Sequence record: OQ995441.1
Reading direction: 5' to 3' (one strand)
Source of the DNA: Streptomyces phage Marav
Length of the DNA: 24,000 bases
The position numbers and the translations under genes are program-made. Numbering within the stretch: position 1 is the first letter of the stretch; each line of letters opens with the position of its first letter. Below are positions 14,573-21,386 of the stretch, piece after piece. Below the pieces are notes generated by a model. It did no database searches and was not told the origin of the DNA. It saw only the letters and a list, made by a program, of their open reading frames with translations.

Positions 14573-15160
14573 TTACACGACCTGCGACAGTTGCACAAGG
14601 TCTGCCACCCCGTACAGCTTCAGGTGCAGGTCCCGCACCGAGCCGTCGTTGACCAGCGTGTGGTCGTAGTCCCAGTCGTCGAGCGCGACCTCGGACTCAT
14701 GGACCCGGCCCGCCCGGTCTCGCGCCGGACCCACGCCCGGCCGCTCCACCCGGATCATCACGCCACCGCGGTCGGCAACCGCCTGCGCCTCGTTCGGGAA
14801 GCGCACGTCGGTGATGACGAGGGCCGGCGCCTGGGCGTACTCGCGGAAGAGGGCGTCGACCCAGACGTCAGCGCCGAGCACCTTCCGGCCGGCCTCCGTG
14901 CCCGCTCGCTGGAGCAGGGCCCGCACCTCGGGGTACGTGGTCTTCGCGTAGTCCCAGCCCGTCGAGTCGACGAGCCTTCGCAGGCGCAGGTTCCCGGCGC
15001 CCCAGTGTCCGGGGATCAGGGGGTCCAGCGCGTACAGGAACTCTCGCAGCTTGTCAGCGAAGGCCACCTGGGTCCAGCCGTACTGCACCAGGGCCTCGGC
15101 CGCCTCGTTCTTGCCGGACCTCGCGTAGCCTGCGAGGCCGATGATCAGCCGGTCACTCAC
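14573..15160 (-). CDS. deoxynucleoside monophosphate kinase-like P-loop protein
   Basis: LIIGLAGYARSGKNEAAEAL (P-loop), ITDVRFPNEAQAVADRGGVMIRVERPG, HESEVALDDWDYDHTLVNDG. Confidence 0.87.
   Translation of the reverse strand: MSDRLIIGLAGYARSGKNEAAEALVQYGWTQVAFADKLREFLYALDPLIPGHWGAGNLRLRRLVDSTGWDYAKTTYPEVRALLQRAGTEAGRKVLGADVWVDALFREYAQAPALVITDVRFPNEAQAVADRGGVMIRVERPGVGPARDRAGRVHESEVALDDWDYDHTLVNDGSVRDLHLKLYGVADLVQLSQVV
14584..14597 (-). promoter_or_regulatory. TGTGCAACTGTCGC motif inside the 3' end of the kinase gene
   Basis: Exact match to TGTGNNASTGTCGC, 12 nt upstream of TTG 14571. Confidence 0.5.
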
Positions 15161-15440
15161 TGCCGGACTCCTCGTCGGGGTAGTCGGGGAAGATCAGGTC
15201 GGCCGCGTCTGCGGCCAGGTCGGAGCAGCCGTGCCCGCAGCACTCGCGCCAGTCGTGGGCGAGGATCTTCTCGGCCGCGTCGCGCTGGGCCGCTCGCACC
15301 AGGTCGTCGAGCTCGCGCTTGGCCTCGTCGTACTCGTAGCCGTACTTGCCACCCAGGATGTTGGCCATCTGGATCTCGACGGTGGGCGCCCAGCGGGCCC
15401 GCCCGTCCACGTACTCCCAGCCGTCTCGGTCGCGCGGCAT
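15153..15440 (-). CDS. hypothetical protein (95 aa)
   Basis: PRDRDGWEYVDGRARWAPTVEIQMANILGGKYGYEYDEAKRELDDLVRAAQ...; short overlap with neighbour. Confidence 0.7.
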   Translation of the reverse strand: MPRDRDGWEYVDGRARWAPTVEIQMANILGGKYGYEYDEAKRELDDLVRAAQRDAAEKILAHDWRECCGHGCSDLAADAADLIFPDYPDEESGSE

Positions 15441-15775
15441 CAGGCGTAGACCTCCTCGAAGTAGAACTCCTGGTTGACGTCACCGGCACGGACCAGCTCG
15501 CCCTCCAGGCCGATGAACTCACGGTCGACGGTGACGGCGACCGACTGGACGCGGGCCCGGCCCTCGACGAAGGCGATGCCCAGGTCGGTGATGGACCACC
15601 TCTGACCCTCCTCGCGCTTGGCCAGGCCGAACCAGGCCAGCTTCGCGAACACCGCGTACTCGGGGTTGGTCAGGCCGATCTCGTCCCGCTTCAGGGCCTG
15701 GCCTCCCTGGAGGTACAGCTTGCCCAGACCGGAGACCTCGGACTTGCCCAGGCGGTAGCGCTTCTCGATGCTCAC
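15440..15775 (-). CDS. hypothetical protein (111 aa), possible winged-helix
   Basis: GTG 15775 after GAGAGGAG RBS: VSIEKRYRLGKSEVSGLGKLYLQGGQALKRDEIGLTNPEYAVFAKLAWFGLAKRE... Confidence 0.7.
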   Translation of the reverse strand: MSIEKRYRLGKSEVSGLGKLYLQGGQALKRDEIGLTNPEYAVFAKLAWFGLAKREEGQRWSITDLGIAFVEGRARVQSVAVTVDREFIGLEGELVRAGDVNQEFYFEEVYA

Positions 15776-15798
15776 TGTGGATCTCCTCTCGATGACGT

Positions 15799-15855
15799 GG
15801 CTCATCAGGGCGTGGGCCGTCACCCTCACGCCGACCTCCTTCCGGAGGTTTCGCC
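15799..15855 (-). ncRNA. type II hammerhead ribozyme candidate HHR-B
   Basis: GGC-GAAA-CCTCCGGAAGGAGG-TC-GGCGTG...CACGCC-CTGATGA-GCC. Confidence 0.88.
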
Positions 15856-15857
15856 TT

Positions 15858-15871
15858 GCGACAGTTACACG
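15858..15871 (-). promoter_or_regulatory. CGTGTAACTGTCGC motif 2 nt upstream of HHR-B
   Basis: Member of the repeated promoter-motif family. Confidence 0.6.
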
Positions 15872-15876
15872 GTGGG

Positions 15877-16308
15877 TCAGGACGTCTCGCGGTATCCGTC
15901 GAAGCAGTAGATGTAGGAGGTGTCCCCGACCTTGGCCCAGCAGAGGCGGTGTCCCCAGACGGTGCCCCAGTAGGTGCGCTTGGCCTTCTTGTTCGCGGCG
16001 GTCCACGCCTTGCGCTTGGCCGGGCTGTTCAGTCTCGGGTCCAGGTACTTCACGTTGCCCGCGCGGTCGACCCAGTACGAGTAGCCCTTGCCGTTGCCGC
16101 GCTTACCCGCGTCCCAGTAGCAGTTACGGTCGTCGGAGTCATCCCGGCACGGGCGCGTCGGCAGGACGGGAGTCGAGCTGTACGTCGCCGCGATCGGCAC
16201 CGCCTTCTCGGAGGCCGAGGCCGGCGAGGTCGAGAGCAGGGAGGCTCCCGCCAACAGGACGATCAGCGTCGCGGTCACCTTCAGGGCGAACTTCAGGGCG
16301 TTCTTCAC
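15877..16308 (-). CDS. secreted/exported hypothetical protein (143 aa)
   Basis: N-terminal signal peptide MKNALKFALKVTATLIVLLAGASLLSTSPASAS; four Cys in the mature region. Confidence 0.8.
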   Translation of the reverse strand: MKNALKFALKVTATLIVLLAGASLLSTSPASASEKAVPIAATYSSTPVLPTRPCRDDSDDRNCYWDAGKRGNGKGYSYWVDRAGNVKYLDPRLNSPAKRKAWTAANKKAKRTYWGTVWGHRLCWAKVGDTSYIYCFDGYRETS

Positions 16309-16564
16309 GGTTGGGCTCCTCGTCAGTGATCCAGGGCGGACCCTGGTGGTTCGGGTCGTACGGTGCGTAGATGAAGGACTTGAGGATCGGGGTGGTGCAG
16401 GGCGGCGCCTGGCGGTAGATGTACGCCTGGCGGTAGACGCTCGCCAGGAGGGTGACGCCCCACTTGACCATCTGGCTCCAGCTCAGGCCGGCCAGGCGCA
16501 GGCAGCGGATGTCTCGGGCCAGGTCCGCGTCGACTCGGGCGCTGAGCTGGCGGGGGATCTTCAC
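16139..16564 (-). CDS. ribbon-helix-helix-like hypothetical protein with long 3' overlap
   Basis: GTG 16564 (VKIPRQLSARVDADLARDIRCLRLAGLSWSQMVKWGVTLLASVYRQ...); no stop until 16139, overlapping the signal-peptide gene by 170 nt. Confidence 0.55.
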   Translation of the reverse strand: MKIPRQLSARVDADLARDIRCLRLAGLSWSQMVKWGVTLLASVYRQAYIYRQAPPCTTPILKSFIYAPYDPNHQGPPWITDEEPNREERPEVRPEGDRDADRPVGGSLPALDLAGLGLREGGADRGDVQLDSRPADAPVPG

Positions 16565-16794
16565 GCCGCCTCCAGCTCTTCCAGCATGGACTCGGCGAAC
16601 TCGGTGACGTCGCCGTCCTGGGTCAGGTAGCCCGCGTGGACCAGCTCGTTCGCGGTGCGTCCGTAGGAACCCTGGAGGGTCCAGGCCATGCCGCTCTTGA
16701 CCAGCAGGCCGAACAGTTCGACCGTCTCCCTCGCGTCGAGCTCGCCCTGCTCGTAGCTGATCAGGTCGATCGCGATGTCCTTCATGCGTCCCAT
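16561..16794 (-). CDS. hypothetical protein (77 aa)
   Basis: 4-nt overlap with next gene. Confidence 0.7.
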   Translation of the reverse strand: MGRMKDIAIDLISYEQGELDARETVELFGLLVKSGMAWTLQGSYGRTANELVHAGYLTQDGDVTEFAESMLEELEAA

Positions 16795-16797
16795 CGG

Positions 16798-17211
16798 TCA
16801 GCCCTCCTGGATCTCGGTGAGCAGGGCGGAGACCAGGCGGAAGGCGATGGTGAACAGCGCCAGCTCGGCCCACCCTGCGGGGGTGTCGTCGTTGGGGGTG
16901 CCCTCCTTGCGGAGGCGGTCCAGCTCGCGGTAAGCGGCGAGGTCGACGAACTCTCGCCACATCAGGTCCGGGTCCGGGTTGGGTGCGTTGTCGGCGACCG
17001 AGTCCTGGATGGACTCGCGGTGCTCCTCGACCACCTCGGCGAAGGTCAGGCCGTACTCCTTCGCGCGGAGCTGGACGGCGTAGATCGTCTCGCGGGTGAC
17101 CTTGTCCAGGAGCGCCGCGCCGTCCCCGTTCGGGTCGTCCGGGGCGTACGCCTCGGCGAGCGTGGCCAGGTGGTAGGAGTTGTATCGCCGGATGCCGTCG
17201 ATCGTGGTCAT
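16798..17211 (-). CDS. hypothetical protein (137 aa)
   Basis: ATG 17211: MTTIDGIRRYNSYHLATLAEAYAPDDPNGDG... following GAGAGG. Confidence 0.75.
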   Translation of the reverse strand: MTTIDGIRRYNSYHLATLAEAYAPDDPNGDGAALLDKVTRETIYAVQLRAKEYGLTFAEVVEEHRESIQDSVADNAPNPDPDLMWREFVDLAAYRELDRLRKEGTPNDDTPAGWAELALFTIAFRLVSALLTEIQEG

Positions 17212-17234
17212 GTGCTTGCCTCTCGTAGGCGGTT

Positions 17235-17289
17235 GGCTCATCAGGACGGGAGATCCACTCCCGCCGACCTCCCTTCAGGAGGTTTCGCC
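17235..17289 (-). ncRNA. type II hammerhead ribozyme candidate HHR-C
   Basis: GGC-GAAA-CCTCCTGAAGGGAGG-TC-GGCGGGAG-TGGAT-CTCCCGTC-CTGATGA-GCC. Confidence 0.92.
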
Positions 17290-17305
17290 TTGGGGTTGGT
17301 CGGGG

Positions 17306-17854
17306 TCAGGCGGCAGCGAGCTGGTCGATGCGCACCTGCCAGTCGGCGGCCTCGATCTCGTGCCGGGCGGCCTCTCGGCGGGCGGTCTCCGCCTTGCTCA
17401 GGAGGTGGTCCCGCTCCCGCTCGAACAGGCGGCGGGCGGACTCGCGGGCCCAGTCCGGGTGCTCCTCGGCGAAGCGGTCCAGGGCGGCGGACTCCATCTC
17501 GCGGAGCTGGCTGTACGCCTTGGCCTCGTAGCTCACGGGCCCGCGCTTGTCGTTGCGGTACCCGCCCCGGTAGCTGGACTCCGTCTGCCAGTACGGCTCG
17601 CGGGTCTCGTGCTCGTTGCTCCAGCCGGGCATCCGCTTGACCGTGTGCTCGATGCTGTACTTGCGGCCGCGGATCTTCACGTACCCGAGCTCGACGTTGC
17701 TCTCGAACTCCGGGTCGGTGCTGATCCAGGCTCGCGGCTGGATCTCCTCGCGGTGCTCGCCGCCCGAGTAGTAGGTCTTGCGCTCGCCCGCCAGGACGCG
17801 GACGTAGAACGTGCCCGCTTCGGTCTCGACCTTGTGCGTCTCGTGCTCGCTCAT
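17306..17854 (-). CDS. hypothetical protein (182 aa)
   Basis: ATG 17854: MSEHETHKVETEAGTFYVRVLAGERKTYYSGGEHREEIQPRAWI... Confidence 0.75.
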   Translation of the reverse strand: MSEHETHKVETEAGTFYVRVLAGERKTYYSGGEHREEIQPRAWISTDPEFESNVELGYVKIRGRKYSIEHTVKRMPGWSNEHETREPYWQTESSYRGGYRNDKRGPVSYEAKAYSQLREMESAALDRFAEEHPDWARESARRLFERERDHLLSKAETARREAARHEIEAADWQVRIDQLAAA

Positions 17855-17876
17855 CTGCTTCACCTTCACAGTGGGT

Positions 17877-17931
17877 GGCATCGTCAGGACCGGGAACCCC
17901 TCCCGGCCGACCGGCCGAAGCCGGTTTCGCC
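17877..17931 (-). ncRNA. type II hammerhead ribozyme candidate HHR-D
   Basis: GGC-GAAA-CCGGCTTCGGCCGG-TC-GGCCGGG-AGGGGTT-CCCGGTC-CTGACGA-(T)GCC. Confidence 0.87.
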
Positions 17932-17942
17932 TTCCTGTTGAG

Positions 17943-17971
17943 ACAGTATCACACTCTGCGCCAGTTGCACA
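17943..17971 (-). promoter_or_regulatory. promoter: tandem TGTG boxes with TACTGT -10
   Basis: CTGTGCAACTGGCGCAGAGTGTGATACTGT immediately upstream of HHR-D. Confidence 0.65.
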
Positions 17972-17976
17972 GTGGG

Positions 17977-18390
17977 TCAGCCGTAGCGGACCTCGTCGAA
18001 GATGGCCACCTGCACGATCACGTCGGCCGCCCCGGCGTCGATGTGCCCGGCCTCGATCCCGTCCTCGTCGGTCCTGTCGCGCCAGGCGTCGAGGATGTAG
18101 CCGTGCAGCTCGCGGTTCACGTACTCCTGGCCGGGGTCCAGCAGCTTGGCGAAGGCCAGGCGGACGTCGTCCTTGCTCAGGTAGTTGACCGAGTCGACCT
18201 CGCGGTCCCCGCCGAAGGAGGTGTCGTCGATGCCCTCGACGATGGTGTACTCCTTGCCCTCGGGCAGGCCGGCGAACTCCTCCTCGCTCGGCTCCATCGC
18301 CCAGTACGTGATGCCCCCGTAGGCGGCGGTGTCGATGATGTCCTGGACGTTCTCGTCGGTGATGCGGTCCATGATGCTGCGCATGATCAT
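17977..18390 (-). CDS. hypothetical protein (137 aa)
   Basis: Coherent acidic ORF; start ambiguous among several ATGs. Confidence 0.7.
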   Translation of the reverse strand: MIMRSIMDRITDENVQDIIDTAAYGGITYWAMEPSEEEFAGLPEGKEYTIVEGIDDTSFGGDREVDSVNYLSKDDVRLAFAKLLDPGQEYVNRELHGYILDAWRDRTDEDGIEAGHIDAGAADVIVQVAIFDEVRYG

Positions 18391-18409
18391 CGGTCTGACT
18401 CCTCGGGTC

Positions 18410-18553
18410 TCAGGCGTTGGCGGTGATGCGGACGACGGCGGGGTTGCTCTCGTACTTCACGCGCCGGATCTCCTTCTGGGCCAGCGTGCGGGCCTTGTCC
18501 TTGCGCTTCGAGTCGCGGACCTGGCCGTCGTGGATGCGGAACTTCGGGGTCAC
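18410..18553 (-). CDS. small basic protein (47 aa)
   Basis: GTG 18553 after AAGGAG: VTPKFRIHDGQVRDSKRKDKARTLAQKEIRRVKYESNPAVVRITANA*. Confidence 0.65.
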   Translation of the reverse strand: MTPKFRIHDGQVRDSKRKDKARTLAQKEIRRVKYESNPAVVRITANA

Positions 18554-18579
18554 TGCGGTACTCCTTCGGTGTGCGGCCT

Positions 18580-18636
18580 GGCTCGTCAGGGCGGGGGCTG
18601 CCATCCCTCGCCGACCCCCGCGGAGGGGGTTTCGCC
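18580..18636 (-). ncRNA. type II hammerhead ribozyme candidate HHR-E
   Basis: GGC-GAAA-CCCCCTCCGCGGGGG-TC-GGCGAGGG...CCCCCGCC-CTGACGA-GCC. Confidence 0.87.
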
Positions 18637-18637
18637 T

Positions 18638-18850
18638 TCAGTGCTTGGCGACCTCGTCGATCTCTCTGGTCAGGCCCTCGAAGCCGTCGTCTTCGAGCTC
18701 GGCGAGCTGGTCGTCCAGGCCCTCCCAGAGCTCGTCCTCGTCGAGCTCGGCCAGCTCCTCGACCGTCACGCCCTTGAGCTCGGCGAACTCCTCGTCGGTC
18801 AGCTCGCGCTTGTGGGTGCTGATCTCGGTCCACTCGACGGTGTAGGTCAC
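18638..18850 (-). CDS. small acidic protein (70 aa)
   Basis: TYTVEWTEISTHKRELTDEEFAELKGVTVEELAELDEDELWEGL... Confidence 0.7.
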   Translation of the reverse strand: MTYTVEWTEISTHKRELTDEEFAELKGVTVEELAELDEDELWEGLDDQLAELEDDGFEGLTREIDEVAKH

Positions 18851-18875
18851 GGGTTGCTCCTCTGGTGTGCGGCTT

Positions 18876-18932
18876 GGCTCGTCAGCGCGGGGGCAGCCAT
18901 CCCTCGCGGACCTCCCTTCAGGAGGTTTCGCC
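18876..18932 (-). ncRNA. type II hammerhead ribozyme candidate HHR-F
   Basis: GGC-GAAA-CCTCCTGAAGGGAGG-TC-CGCGAGGG...CCCCCGCG-CTGACGA-GCC; terminal stem I pair swapped relative to HHR-E. Confidence 0.88.
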
Positions 18933-18937
18933 TTGGG

Positions 18938-19483
18938 TCAGTCGTCCAGGTTCATCAGCTTCAGCAGCTCGTCGGTCGTGGGGGCGGGCGTCTCCTCCGG
19001 GTCCGGCTCGTCGACCAGCTCGGGCACGGGCAGACCGGCCAGCTCCAGGGCGTACGCCTCGAAGTCCTCGATCTCGGGGTGGACGTCGTCCGGGTCGTCG
19101 TCGCCGGTCGCGTGGCCGTCCAGGAAGGTGATCGCCTCCCGCTTGTGGCCGCCCGCCATCAGGGCGCGGGCCAGGTCGTCCGCCTCTCGGCAGGTGAAGG
19201 AGCCGCCCACATGCAGCGCGGTCATCGGGTCGCCGAGGATGCTGGCGAACGTGGCGATGGCGTCTTGCAGCTCGGAGATCTCCTCCTCGGTGTCGGGCCC
19301 GTCCTCGGTCTCGACCTCCGCCAGGAACCCGTACGACTCCTCCCAGTGGGTGCCGGGGGTGTGCTCCGCACCTCGCAGCGGCTCGTCGCACTTGGCGCAC
19401 CGGTACGGACCGTTGCCGTAGCCGGGGAAGAGGATCGGACCGTTGTCGATCGGGCACCGGACGACGTTGCTGGGAACCTTCAT
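18938..19483 (-). CDS. hypothetical protein with N-terminal zinc knuckle (181 aa)
   Basis: ATG 19483: MKVPSNVVRCPIDNG...YRCAKCDEPLRGAEH... Confidence 0.75.
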   Translation of the reverse strand: MKVPSNVVRCPIDNGPILFPGYGNGPYRCAKCDEPLRGAEHTPGTHWEESYGFLAEVETEDGPDTEEEISELQDAIATFASILGDPMTALHVGGSFTCREADDLARALMAGGHKREAITFLDGHATGDDDPDDVHPEIEDFEAYALELAGLPVPELVDEPDPEETPAPTTDELLKLMNLDD

Positions 19484-19510
19484 CTCTGCTACACCTTCAC
19501 ACTCTGGCCT

Positions 19511-19565
19511 GCCATCATCAGGGCGTGGGCTGCCATCCCGCGCCAACCCCCGAGGGGGTTTCGGC
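19511..19565 (-). ncRNA. type II hammerhead ribozyme candidate HHR-G
   Basis: GCC-GAAA-CCCC-CTCG-GGGG..TT-GGCGCGGG...CCCACGCC-CTGATGA-(T)GGC; GUU cleavage triplet; stem II covaries. Confidence 0.83.
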
Positions 19566-19575
19566 TTGGTGTGTT

Positions 19576-19589
19576 GCGACACTTTCACA
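19576..19589 (-). promoter_or_regulatory. TGTGAAAGTGTCGC motif upstream of HHR-G
   Basis: Exact match to family consensus. Confidence 0.6.
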
Positions 19590-19590
19590 C

Positions 19591-20394
19591 TCAGACCGCG
19601 AAGTCAAGTTCGAGCTGGTTCGGGTTGTACCCCAACACGTTCCAGCGGTAGATCTCGTACGCCCGCTCCAGGAAGTAGGCGTCCCGCGCCTCGGCGTACT
19701 CCTCCGCCACGACCTCCCAGTCCACCTCCTCCGCCCGGCACCAGCTCTGCCGGTGCGCGTTGTCCTCGTCCTCGTAGAACCGGCGCGCGATGGCCTCGGC
19801 CTCCTCGTCCGAGTCGAGCAGGACGTACTCGCCCTGGGCGTGCTCGACCGCCTCCTTCAGCGTCTCCTCGTAGGCGTTCCACTCGCGCTCGGAGTAGTCC
19901 GACTCGTCGACGATGGGGTAGTCCCGGAGGCCCACCAGGATCTCGGCCGCCTCCTTGAACGCTGCGGTGAACTCCTGCTCGGGCAGGCACTCCTCACCGT
20001 CGCACTCGATGCGGCAGTAGAGCTGGCAGTAGAAGTCGTCCTCGTCGTGCGCGCACTCTTCCTCGTGCTCCCAGGTCGGCTCGCACTCGCACTCGTAGTC
20101 CTCGTAGGACTCGTAGACCTGCACGTAGATCGTGCGCAGGGAGCCGCAGGCGAAGTGCCTCGACGTCCCGTCGATGACGTGCTCGTCCGCGTCGTCGCCC
20201 GCCGCACCCTTGATCAGTTCCAGGGCGGAGAGGTAGTTGGACTCCTCCAGGAGGTCGTCGCCGAGCTCGGCCCAGTGGAACATCGCGCCGTGCGTGGTGA
20301 AGAGTCGGTCGTCCCAGAACATCGCGTCGCTCGGGCGCTCCAGGCACTGCTCGGCGATCTCGTTCAGGGTGTCGAAGTCCAGGGACATGGTCAT
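19591..20394 (-). CDS. acidic, Cys-containing hypothetical protein (267 aa)
   Basis: MTMSLDFDTLNEIAEQCLERPSDAMFWDDRLFTTHGAMFHWAELGDD...; RBS AAGGAGATG. Confidence 0.8.
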   Translation of the reverse strand: MTMSLDFDTLNEIAEQCLERPSDAMFWDDRLFTTHGAMFHWAELGDDLLEESNYLSALELIKGAAGDDADEHVIDGTSRHFACGSLRTIYVQVYESYEDYECECEPTWEHEEECAHDEDDFYCQLYCRIECDGEECLPEQEFTAAFKEAAEILVGLRDYPIVDESDYSEREWNAYEETLKEAVEHAQGEYVLLDSDEEAEAIARRFYEDEDNAHRQSWCRAEEVDWEVVAEEYAEARDAYFLERAYEIYRWNVLGYNPNQLELDFAV

Positions 20395-20406
20395 CTCCTT
20401 GTGGCT

Positions 20407-20471
20407 GCATCATCAGGACCAGGCCACCACGCCTGGCCGACCACGCGACCGAAGCCGGCCGCTGGTTTCGC
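20407..20471 (-). ncRNA. type II hammerhead ribozyme candidate HHR-H (extended stem III)
   Basis: GC-GAAA-CCAGCGGCCGGCTTCGGTCGCGTGG-TC-GGCCAGG...CCTGGTC-CTGATGA-(T)GC. Confidence 0.78.
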
Positions 20472-20528
20472 GAGGTGCGCACCCCCGCCCCGGTGATTCA
20501 GGGTGTGGGGCGGGAGGTGCGCGGGGTG

Positions 20529-20633
20529 TCACATCGTGCTGGCACCCCTCCTGAAGAACGCTGGCTCCCCGTTGCTGTCCTCGCGGCCCCGCCGCGCGTC
20601 GAGCAACACCTGCGTCCCCCGGATTTTCATCAT
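20529..20633 (-). CDS. possible tiny ORF (34 aa)
   Basis: Own translation: MMKIRGTQVLLDARRGREDSNGEPAFFRRGASTM*, in the leader between HHR-I and HHR-H; no homology evidence. Confidence 0.3.
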   Translation of the reverse strand: MMKIRGTQVLLDARRGREDSNGEPAFFRRGASTM

Positions 20634-20676
20634 GTATTGACCTCTCGGTCTCGATTTGGATGGGTCACTTGCTTGG

Positions 20677-20730
20677 GTGGCTCATCAGGGACCGGGACCC
20701 GCCCAGCCCGACGCCCCGCGGGGCGTTTCG
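20677..20730 (-). ncRNA. type II hammerhead ribozyme candidate HHR-I
   Basis: GGC-GAAA-CGCCC-CGCG-GGGCG-TC-GGGCTGGG-CGGGT-CCCGGTCC-CTGATGA-GCC. Confidence 0.87.
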
Positions 20731-20733
20731 CCT

Positions 20734-20922
20734 TCAGCCCTCGACCTTCACCTCACGGCTCCGGTACCGGGCCCAGTCGTGCACCTGGCCCTTCTCGATC
20801 CAGGGCAGACCGTCGTTCTTGCGGCGCGGGCGGTACTCCATCTCCCGCCCGATCGCGGGGGGCACCGCCCCCACGATCCTCGCGCCCCCCTCCTGCGCCT
20901 CTCGGAGCTGCTTCGCGGTCAC
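20734..20922 (-). CDS. hypothetical protein (62 aa)
   Basis: TAKQLREAQEGGARIVGAVPPAIGREMEYRPRRKNDG...; promoter directly upstream. Confidence 0.7.
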   Translation of the reverse strand: MTAKQLREAQEGGARIVGAVPPAIGREMEYRPRRKNDGLPWIEKGQVHDWARYRSREVKVEG

Positions 20923-20945
20923 TCTCTCTCCCCTGCGCTGTAGCT

Positions 20946-20974
20946 ACAGTATCACACTCGCTTCAGTTTCACAA
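20946..20974 (-). promoter_or_regulatory. promoter TTGTGA-N17-TACTGT
   Basis: -35 20969-20974, -10 20946-20951, 17-nt spacer; perfect dyad CTGTAGCTACAG at 20938-20949. Confidence 0.75.
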
Positions 20975-20978
20975 CCCC

Positions 20979-21359
20979 CTACCGGAGGGCCATGAACACC
21001 ACGTCCGGCTCGCCGGGCGTCCAGTTGGCGACCCGCTCCGTCTCCTCGAAACCGAACTGCTTGTAGTAGTCGGGCAGGAACCCGTCGAAGCAGTCCAGCT
21101 TGGTCGCGCCCTTGTGCTTGACCGCGTCCCAGACCATGCTCGTCCCGCGACCCTTGACCGTGGAGAACAGCCCGATCAGCGTGCCGTCGCTGGCCACCCC
21201 GAAGCCCGACTGGAAGTCGGCGGTCAGGTAGTACCGGGCACCGCGCGGCATCTCCTCCGGAGCGCTGGTCGCCTCCTTGATCCTCTCCGAGCTCGCACGG
21301 GCCCACTCCAGGGCGACGGTGTACTCACGGTGCGACGCGGGGTGCATGTAGACCTTCAC
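20979..21359 (-). CDS. GNAT-like acetyltransferase fold protein
   Basis: GTSMVWDAVKHKGATKLDCFDGFLPDYYKQFGFEETERVANW resembles the GNAT C-terminal region. Confidence 0.6.
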   Translation of the reverse strand: MKVYMHPASHREYTVALEWARASSERIKEATSAPEEMPRGARYYLTADFQSGFGVASDGTLIGLFSTVKGRGTSMVWDAVKHKGATKLDCFDGFLPDYYKQFGFEETERVANWTPGEPDVVFMALR

Positions 21360-21386
21360 TGTGTCCTCCTTGGACGGATGCAGGCT

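Noticed and set aside
16320-16326. TCGTCAG (CUGACGA on - strand) outside the listed copies
   Set aside because: No GAAA / NUH / stem I-II-III arrangement around it, so not a hammerhead.
18865-19131. Peptides such as ARGQPSLADLPSGGFALG recurring in + strand ORFs
   Set aside because: These are translations of the antisense of the ribozyme repeats, not a protein family.
20979-21359. Toxin of a toxin-antitoxin system (GNAT-type)
   Set aside because: GNAT-like C-terminus only; no adjacent RHH antitoxin gene with coupled overlap.
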